From Candidatus Yonathbacteria bacterium RIFCSPLOWO2_01_FULL_43_27 (GTDB lineage Bacteria > Patescibacteriota > Minisyncoccia > Phycocordibacterales > UBA1550): a DNA stretch of 64,000 nt. Positions 56,959 through 64,000 of this stretch are shown piece by piece (the stretch's first letter is position 1; each line of letters starts with the position of its first letter). The position numbers and the translations under genes were made by a program. The stretch is from contig MHUV01000003.1 of NCBI GenBank assembly GCA_001823545.1, forward strand, positions 86,398-150,397. The letters run 5' to 3'. The notes beneath the pieces are model-generated. The model saw nothing but the letters and a program-made list of their open reading frames with translations, ran no database searches and had not been told where the DNA came from.

Positions 56959-59900
56959 TTACGCCTCTACTTCCTCTTGCGATTCTCCGGGAAGCTCACT
57001 GCCCTTCTTGTGATGCGCATCAAACCCTGTTCCTGCGGGGATCAAATTACCAATAATAACATTTTCTTTAAGACCACGAAGCGTATCAGTACCACCACGG
57101 AGTGCGGTGTTGATGAGAATACGCGTCGTATTCTCGAATGATGCTGCTGAGAGCCAACTCTTGGTGGTGAGTGCCACCTCAGAAATACCGAGCACGATAG
57201 GTTCTGCTTTTGCCTTTTCTCCGCCAAGCTCTTCTATGCGGTTGTTTTCCTTCAACAATTCTCCCTGTTCAACGATCTCGCCAACACTGAATCCTGTATC
57301 ACCTGAATCCTTAATCTTGCGACGAGAGAACATCTGACGAATAATAACTTCGATGTGTTTATGTGAGATTGAAGCACCCTGAAGTTCATAAATTTTAAGA
57401 ACCTCGGTAATGATGTAATCCTCTGCGACATCCTTGCCTGCGTACTGGAACACCTCTGCGATATCCGCAGAACCATCTGAGAGCAATGCTCCCTTTTGTA
57501 CCGCGTCTCCAACCTTTACGAACGCAGAACGTTTTGAAGAAGTTTCGTATTCGATCGCTTCACCCTTCTTCTTTCCTTCACCTTCATTAGGAAGAACTTT
57601 AATCTTGAGTTCTTTATCATCTTTGACGATCTCTAGAACCACACCATTAGTGTGTGATACGATTGCAAGACTCTTAGGTTCACGACGCTCAAAGATCTCT
57701 TCTACGCGAGGGAGACCCATCGTAATGTCTCCACCTGCTGAAGCAATACCTCCGGCATGGAATGTACGCATCGTAAGCTGAGTTCCTGGTTCACCAATAG
57801 CCTGTGCTGCAATGATACCAACTGATTCGCCAAGTTTTACCGGCTCATTACGTCCAATATCAAAGCCGTAACACTTACGACAAATACCATATACTGCGTG
57901 ACATGAAAGTGGTGAACGTACAAATGCTTCTGTTGCGCCTTTTGCCTCTGCGTCACGAGCTTCAGCCTTGGTCATCAAGTGCCCCTTCTTGTAGGTAGTA
58001 CCATCAGCGAGCACAAGATCGCGTGCGAGAATACGTCCACGAAGATTGCGCGAGAGCGGAATGTCGAACCCTACAAGATTTTGCTTTCTAATAAGCTTGC
58101 CTTCTTTGGTACCACAATCTTCCTCAGTAATAATGGCATCCTGCGCCACATCAACGATACGACGCGTAAGGTATCCTGCTTTTGCCGTCTGAAGTGCGGT
58201 GTCAGCAAGACCTTTACGTGAACCGTGTGTCGTCACAAAGTATTCCACCGGTGACAACCCCTCCTTATATGAAGGAACGATCGGGAAGTCGAGGGTGCGA
58301 CCTGTCGTATTAACGATAAGACCTGTCATGCCTCCCATTTGAACGATCTGGGAAATAGAACCGCGGGCACCTGATTTCAACATATCTTCTACGGAGCCAT
58401 TCTTATCAAGTGTTGCGGGCATCAATTTTTCAATTTCACCGCGGGCGCCCTGCCATATTTCGATCACGCGACGATAACGCTCTTCTTCCGAAAGAAGACC
58501 TTCTTGCCATTCTTCGCGTACCGTATCAGTTTCCTTGCGCGCTGTCTCAACGATTGCTTTCTTGCCTGTAGGAATCTTAACCTCATCAATTCCCCACGTA
58601 ATACCTGCGGTCGTAACATACTTGAATCCAAAGTCTTTAATTTTATCCAAGATTGGAGGTGTCATATCAACACCATACGTATTGATAAGCTCATCAATAA
58701 TGCTTTCAAGTTCTTTTTTACCTATCTCCTTGTTTGTGTAAGGAAAATCTGAAGGAAGAACGCTGTTAAACAAAAGACGTCCTACCGTAGTTTCAAAAAC
58801 TTCACCGTTGTATTGTGCATATTTAGGAGACTCGGTACCGAGTACTTTAATCTTTGCGCGATAACCCACTACACCAAAGTCATAGGCGGTAATTGCGCTA
58901 TTAGGTGCTGAGAAGAATTTACCTTCACCTTTATCCCCTTCAACAATTTTGGTCATCGTGTAACAACCAAGAGGAATATCGAGTTTAGGATTAACGATAG
59001 GGTCACCACTTCCTGGCCCAAGAAGGTTCTTGTTTGATGCCATGAGCTGATCTGCCTCCCTCTGTGCTTCAAGCGAAAGTGGAACGTGTACTGCCATCTG
59101 GTCTCCGTCGAAGTCAGCATTAAATGCAGTACAAACAAGTGGATGTACCTGAATTGCATTGCCTTCGATAAGTACGGGATGGAATGCCTGAATACCGAGG
59201 CGGTGAAGGGTAGGCGCACGGTTCAACATCACATATTTACCCTTGATGACCTCTTCGAGAATTGCCCATACTTCAGGAGCACTATCTTCAATGAGCTTAT
59301 TTGCACCACGGATATTGTACGCAAGTTCGCGCAAGAGAATCTTTGAAATTACAAATGGACGAAACAACTCGAGCGCCATATGCTTTGGGAGTCCGCACTG
59401 ATTGAGGTGAAGTCGAGGACCTACCACGATCACGGAACGACCAGAATAGTCTACGCGCTTTCCAAGGAGGTTCTGACGGAAGAGACCTTGCTTTCCTTTC
59501 AAGGTATCAGCAAGTGATTTAAGAGAGCGTTTTTGTGCCTGATTCATCACCACAGACTGCACGCGACGAATAGAATTGTCGATAAGTGAGTCTACGGCTT
59601 CCTGAAGAATACGCTTTTCATTACGCAAGATAACATCTGGCGCATCGATTTCCTTAAGCTTTTTGAGACGGTTGTTACGGTTAATAACACGGCGGTACAA
59701 ATCGTTCAAATCTGACGTTGCGTGGCGTCCTCCTTCGAGGGCAACCATCGGGCGAAGTGCAGGAGGAATGATAGGAATTACCGTGAGGAACATCCATTCT
59801 GGACGAAGGTTTGCGTTCAACATTGATTTTACCAATGCAAGACGCTTCACAATTTTTTGTCGTTCTGTCGCACCAGATTTTTCGAGTGCAATTTCAAGTT

Positions 59901-60600
59901 CTCCGCGAAGTTTTGCGAGGTCGATTTTCTTGAAAATATCGTAAATTGCCTCCGCACCGATGTGTGCGTCAAATGCCGTACCGTACTTAAGTGCGAACTT
60001 GTGGTACGTTACCTCATCAAGTACCTTGCCTTCAATAAGTGATTCAATTTCGTGCTTGCTTGCAACGAGAAGTTCTTTCAATTTTTCCTTTCCTTTTTCG
60101 TCAGTGAGTGTCTTTGATTTATTCTTGTATTCCTGATCGATCTCTTTGAGCAGTCGCTCGCGTTCACCTTCGTTTACATGTGTAATGATATATCCTGCAA
60201 AGTAAATAACCTTTTCAATATCAACAATCGGTAAGTTGAGGAGAAGTCCCATACGAGAAGGGATTGAGCGCAAAAACCAAATGTGTGCCACTGGTGTTGC
60301 AAGTTCAATATGTCCCATTCGTTCACGACGAACGATGGAGCGTGTTACCTCAACGCCACATTTTTCACAAATGATATCCTTGTAACGAATACGCTTGTAT
60401 TTTCCACAGTAACACTCGTAGTCCTTTTCAGGTCCAAACACACGCTCGTCAAAGAGTCCACCGCGCTCACTGCGCTGGGTACGGTAGTTGATCGTTTCAG
60501 GCTTGGTAACCTCGCCGTAGGACCACTCTCTAACATTCTCAGGCGAAGCAAGCTTGAGAAGAATGGCGTCAAAATTTTTCTGTTCGCGTAATGATTTCAT
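56959..60600 (-). CDS. rpoC: RNA polymerase beta' subunit
   Basis: KPETINYRT, CGKYKR, RQNLLGKRVDYSGR, NADFDGDQM, GEPGTQLTMRTFH. Confidence 0.99.
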   Translation of the reverse strand: MKSLREQKNFDAILLKLASPENVREWSYGEVTKPETINYRTQRSERGGLFDERVFGPEKDYECYCGKYKRIRYKDIICEKCGVEVTRSIVRRERMGHIELATPVAHIWFLRSIPSRMGLLLNLPIVDIEKVIYFAGYIITHVNEGERERLLKEIDQEYKNKSKTLTDEKGKEKLKELLVASKHEIESLIEGKVLDEVTYHKFALKYGTAFDAHIGAEAIYDIFKKIDLAKLRGELEIALEKSGATERQKIVKRLALVKSMLNANLRPEWMFLTVIPIIPPALRPMVALEGGRHATSDLNDLYRRVINRNNRLKKLKEIDAPDVILRNEKRILQEAVDSLIDNSIRRVQSVVMNQAQKRSLKSLADTLKGKQGLFRQNLLGKRVDYSGRSVIVVGPRLHLNQCGLPKHMALELFRPFVISKILLRELAYNIRGANKLIEDSAPEVWAILEEVIKGKYVMLNRAPTLHRLGIQAFHPVLIEGNAIQVHPLVCTAFNADFDGDQMAVHVPLSLEAQREADQLMASNKNLLGPGSGDPIVNPKLDIPLGCYTMTKIVEGDKGEGKFFSAPNSAITAYDFGVVGYRAKIKVLGTESPKYAQYNGEVFETTVGRLLFNSVLPSDFPYTNKEIGKKELESIIDELINTYGVDMTPPILDKIKDFGFKYVTTAGITWGIDEVKIPTGKKAIVETARKETDTVREEWQEGLLSEEERYRRVIEIWQGARGEIEKLMPATLDKNGSVEDMLKSGARGSISQIVQMGGMTGLIVNTTGRTLDFPIVPSYKEGLSPVEYFVTTHGSRKGLADTALQTAKAGYLTRRIVDVAQDAIITEEDCGTKEGKLIRKQNLVGFDIPLSRNLRGRILARDLVLADGTTYKKGHLMTKAEARDAEAKGATEAFVRSPLSCHAVYGICRKCYGFDIGRNEPVKLGESVGIIAAQAIGEPGTQLTMRTFHAGGIASAGGDITMGLPRVEEIFERREPKSLAIVSHTNGVVLEIVKDDKELKIKVLPNEGEGKKKGEAIEYETSSKRSAFVKVGDAVQKGALLSDGSADIAEVFQYAGKDVAEDYIITEVLKIYELQGASISHKHIEVIIRQMFSRRKIKDSGDTGFSVGEIVEQGELLKENNRIEELGGEKAKAEPIVLGISEVALTTKSWLSAASFENTTRILINTALRGGTDTLRGLKENVIIGNLIPAGTGFDAHHKKGSELPGESQEEVEA

Positions 60601-60667
60601 AATTGATAGTGAATAAGTTAATAGTAAATATTAATAATAGAGGTGTATAGTTATTATTATCTATCCA

Positions 60668-63600
60668 CTATTTATTTTTAAGAAGTTCCACATTGAGCGA
60701 AAGTCCACGGAGATAATTCAAAAGCACATTGAATGATTCCGGAATATTCGTCTGCTCAATATTGTTTCCTTTTACAATTGCATCAAATGCTCCTGAACGA
60801 CCAGTAATGTCATCTGACTTAATGGTGAGCATTTCACGGAGAATGTGTGAGGCACCATACCCTTCAAGAGCCCACACCTCCATTTCTCCAAAACGCTGAC
60901 CTCCACCTTGTGCTTTACCACCGAGAGGCTGTTGGGTAATGAGTGAGTAAGGTCCCGTTGAGCGCATATGAATCTTGTCCTCAACCATATGATTGAGCTT
61001 CAAGATATACATGTATCCAACTGCGATATCCTGACCAAATGCTTCTCCTGTAAGACCGTCATAGAGCTTCATCTTGCCATCGTCGCGGAATCCTGCTTTT
61101 ATCAATTCACCCTTGATTTCATCTACTGTTGCGCCCGTAAACGGAGGAACAATAGCCTGGTATCCAAGCGTGTTTGCAGCAAGCCCCAAGTGGAGCTCGA
61201 GGATCTGTCCGAGATTCATACGTGAAGGAACACCGAGTGGTGTCAAAATCACATCGATAGGCGTACCGTCTGCCATGTATGGCATATCAGCCTCAGGAAG
61301 AATTACGGAGATAACACCTTTGTTACCGTGACGTCCTGCAAGCTTGTCACCAACAGAAATGTTGCGAACCTGTGCTACTTCAAGATGAATGCGCTTGATG
61401 ATACCTGACTCAAGATTGTCTCCCTTTTCACGAGAAAAGATCTTAACACCAATGATACGTCCACGCTTGCCGTGATCCATACGAAGTGAGGTATCTTTTA
61501 CATCGCGTGCTTTTTCTCCAAAGATAGAGCGAAGAAGGCGTTCCTCAGGAGTGAGTTCAGTCTCACCTTTTGGTGTAACTTTACCTACCAAGATGTCTCC
61601 CGGGTGCACTTCAGCACCGATACGAATAATACCGTCTTCATCGAGATCTTTAAGTTTGAGCTCGCCTACATTTGGAATATCATGGGTGGTGACTTCGGGC
61701 CCAAGTTTTGTATCACGCACATTTACCACGAACTCTTCCAAGTGAATAGAAGTAAATTTACTCTGCTTTACCAAGCGCTCTGAAAGAATGATAGCGTCTT
61801 CGTAGTTTGAACCACGCCATGACATAAATGCTACCAATGCATTTTGTCCAAGTGCGATCTGGCCACCGTCAGATGATGAAGTGTCAGCGAGAACAGCACC
61901 CTTCTTTACCGTATCGCCTACCGCGATAATAGGACGCTGATGAAACGCGGTGAGACCATTCGTACGTGAGAAGTTGATGAGCTTGTGCTCTTCAGAAGTA
62001 CCTGCGCTATTCTTAACGACGATTTTACGTGCATCAACGTGCGTTATATTTCCATCAATACCAGCAATAACGAGACGGCCCGTGTCGTGTGCTGCCTGTT
62101 CCTCAACACCTGTTGCGACGAGTGGTGCTTCAGGGATGATACATGGGATTGCCTGCTTCTGCATGTTAGAACCCATGAGTGCGCGATTTGCATTATCGTG
62201 CTCAAGGAATGGGATCATCGAAGTTGCAATAGAGAATGCCTGATTTGCAGCAATGTCGATGTAGTGTACATCGTCACGAAGAACAACTTCAGGACGGCCG
62301 GCACGGCGGACTTCAATATATTCTTCCGTCATCTTGCCATCAGCAATTTTAGTTGCCATGTGTGCAATATTGTACTGCTCTTCCTCGAGTGCATCCATAT
62401 ATACGATCTCCTCAGTAATTTTCCCGTTCTTCACCTTTGCATATGGAGTTTCGATCATGCCGAAATCATTGATACGTGCGTAACAGGAGAGACGAAGGAT
62501 AAGACCGATGTTTGGACCTTCTGGCGTATGAATAGGACAAAGGCGTCCGTAGTGAGAAGGGTGTACGTCACGCACTTCAATACCTGCGCGCTCACGGGTA
62601 AGACCTCCAGGGCCCAATGCTGAGAATGTACGCAATGTTTCAATTTCCGAAAGGATATTGTACTGCGTCATAAACTGCGAAAGCTGGTTTGTCGTAAAGA
62701 ACTCCTTGAGACGTGCCTGAAGTGGACGAGGGCTAATGAATTGCATAGGGAGTGTCGCGTCCGTATCAATCGTGGACATACGATCCTGAATATTGCGCTT
62801 CATCTGCGTAAGACCAACGCGCATTTTCTGCTGAAGCATTTCACCTACCGCGCGAATACGGCGAGAACCAAGATGATCAATATCATCCGGCATAGCATGA
62901 GGATTTGCATTAAGCTTTGCGATATGGAGCACAATTGTTACGACATCGTCAACGTTGATTGTACGGCGTGCAATCTCTTCTTTGTCTAACGATTTCCCAA
63001 AACGCTTATTGAACTTAAAACGACCTACCTCTGAAAGGTCATATTTTTCTTTTGCAAAAATAGATTGTACAAAACCACGAGCGTTCTCGGGGGTAGCAAG
63101 ATCGCCATCGCGAAGTTTTTTGTAAATTTCGATGAATGACTCATCGGGAGTTTGTGCAGGATCTTTAGCGAGTGTGCTTTCGATAACCTTCTTTCCTAAT
63201 TCATCAGAAGAAAATGCTTTGAAGATTTCTTCATTGTCCTTCATACCGAGCGCGCGGAGAAGTACTGACACAGGGAACTTGCGCTTGCGGTCGATACGCA
63301 CATACGTTGCGCCGTCTGGATCAGACTCGATCTCGATCCATGCGCCACGGCTTGGGATAATTTTTGCGCCAAAGTAACGCTTGCCCTTGAGCTCTTCTTC
63401 GGTAAACGATACACCAGAAGAACGTGAGATCTGAGGAACAACGACACGCTCAACACCATTCACAATAAAGGTGCCGTGTGAAGTCATCATAGGAAAATCC
63501 GCAATGAAAATTTCCTGCTCCTTCTCAGTCTTTGTTGTCTTGTTGATAAGGTTGACGCGCGCTTTTAAAGGAGCTTCGTAAGAGAGCTTATTCTCCTTTG

Positions 63601-63817
63601 CAAAGTACTCATCGAACTTTGGTTTCGAGAGCTCGATTCCCTTAAATTCAAGTTCAAACTTTTTCTCCGAATAATCCTTGATAGGAGAAAAATCCTTAAA
63701 CGCTTCCTTGATTCCTACTTCGAGAAGCCATTGGTATGACTTCAAATGGGTCTCCACAAGATTTGGGAGTGGCACAAGCGATTTTTTATATCGCGAAAAA
63801 TACTTTTTTTCTCTCAT
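60668..63817 (-). CDS. rpoB: RNA polymerase beta subunit (compact, 1049 aa)
   Basis: GTFIVNGVERV, SALGPGGL, TPEGPNIG, RALMGSNM, GDKLAGRHGNKG, GGQRFGEMEVWA. Confidence 0.99.
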   Translation of the reverse strand: MREKKYFSRYKKSLVPLPNLVETHLKSYQWLLEVGIKEAFKDFSPIKDYSEKKFELEFKGIELSKPKFDEYFAKENKLSYEAPLKARVNLINKTTKTEKEQEIFIADFPMMTSHGTFIVNGVERVVVPQISRSSGVSFTEEELKGKRYFGAKIIPSRGAWIEIESDPDGATYVRIDRKRKFPVSVLLRALGMKDNEEIFKAFSSDELGKKVIESTLAKDPAQTPDESFIEIYKKLRDGDLATPENARGFVQSIFAKEKYDLSEVGRFKFNKRFGKSLDKEEIARRTINVDDVVTIVLHIAKLNANPHAMPDDIDHLGSRRIRAVGEMLQQKMRVGLTQMKRNIQDRMSTIDTDATLPMQFISPRPLQARLKEFFTTNQLSQFMTQYNILSEIETLRTFSALGPGGLTRERAGIEVRDVHPSHYGRLCPIHTPEGPNIGLILRLSCYARINDFGMIETPYAKVKNGKITEEIVYMDALEEEQYNIAHMATKIADGKMTEEYIEVRRAGRPEVVLRDDVHYIDIAANQAFSIATSMIPFLEHDNANRALMGSNMQKQAIPCIIPEAPLVATGVEEQAAHDTGRLVIAGIDGNITHVDARKIVVKNSAGTSEEHKLINFSRTNGLTAFHQRPIIAVGDTVKKGAVLADTSSSDGGQIALGQNALVAFMSWRGSNYEDAIILSERLVKQSKFTSIHLEEFVVNVRDTKLGPEVTTHDIPNVGELKLKDLDEDGIIRIGAEVHPGDILVGKVTPKGETELTPEERLLRSIFGEKARDVKDTSLRMDHGKRGRIIGVKIFSREKGDNLESGIIKRIHLEVAQVRNISVGDKLAGRHGNKGVISVILPEADMPYMADGTPIDVILTPLGVPSRMNLGQILELHLGLAANTLGYQAIVPPFTGATVDEIKGELIKAGFRDDGKMKLYDGLTGEAFGQDIAVGYMYILKLNHMVEDKIHMRSTGPYSLITQQPLGGKAQGGGQRFGEMEVWALEGYGASHILREMLTIKSDDITGRSGAFDAIVKGNNIEQTNIPESFNVLLNYLRGLSLNVELLKNK

Positions 63818-64000
63818 ATATAACGCCGTATATTATGATTAACTCGCCTACACCTAAACGACAAAAATCAAAAAGGCAAGTGATAACCACCTTTTTGAAA
63901 ATGAAGACTCGTATGTAGACGTATCTGTTATTAAATTGTACCCCCGGCGCGCTCGTTACTCAATCAAATACCGTTGTTCACAAGATAACAAAATATCAAG

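Overview
A 64-kb chromosomal segment, most likely from a Candidate Phyla Radiation bacterium (Patescibacteria, Parcubacteria-like). This is inferred from compact versions of core proteins (116-aa L13, 348-aa DnaX, 1049-aa RpoB, epsilon without its C-terminal domain), A/T-rich leaders lacking Shine-Dalgarno (SD) motifs, and genetic code 11 (TGA is used as a stop). Most genes lie on the minus strand. The core backbone is rpoB-rpoC, dnaG-rpoD, a suf operon lacking sufD, engB, znuACB, dprA/topA, serS, an ftsQ-like gene, the full atpBEFHAGDC operon, dus, dnaX, tRNA-Gln(TTG), infA-rpmJ-rpsM-rpsK-rpsD-rpoA-rplQ-rplM-rpsI and grpE-dnaK. The most interesting accessory parts are: (1) a membrane-anchored Cu nitrite reductase (NirK) with Gln at the type-1 Cu axial position, apparently co-transcribed with a CxxC membrane protein and next to an FAD oxidoreductase and an output-less NIT-like/HAMP sensor; (2) an ECF sigma / PAS / peptidoglycan-binding-FN3 trio whose three upstream regions share TGTAATG-N15-(C/G)GGC; (3) an islet at tRNA-Gln, bounded by a displaced tRNA 3' fragment, encoding an AbiJ-like N-terminal domain fused to a TM helix and an OB fold; (4) several stand-alone ORFan cassettes with consensus sigma70 promoters and strong SD motifs; (5) a RAYT transposase with REP palindromes, a 183-bp MITE and other palindromes. 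All family assignments come from motif recognition by eye; no database search was run.
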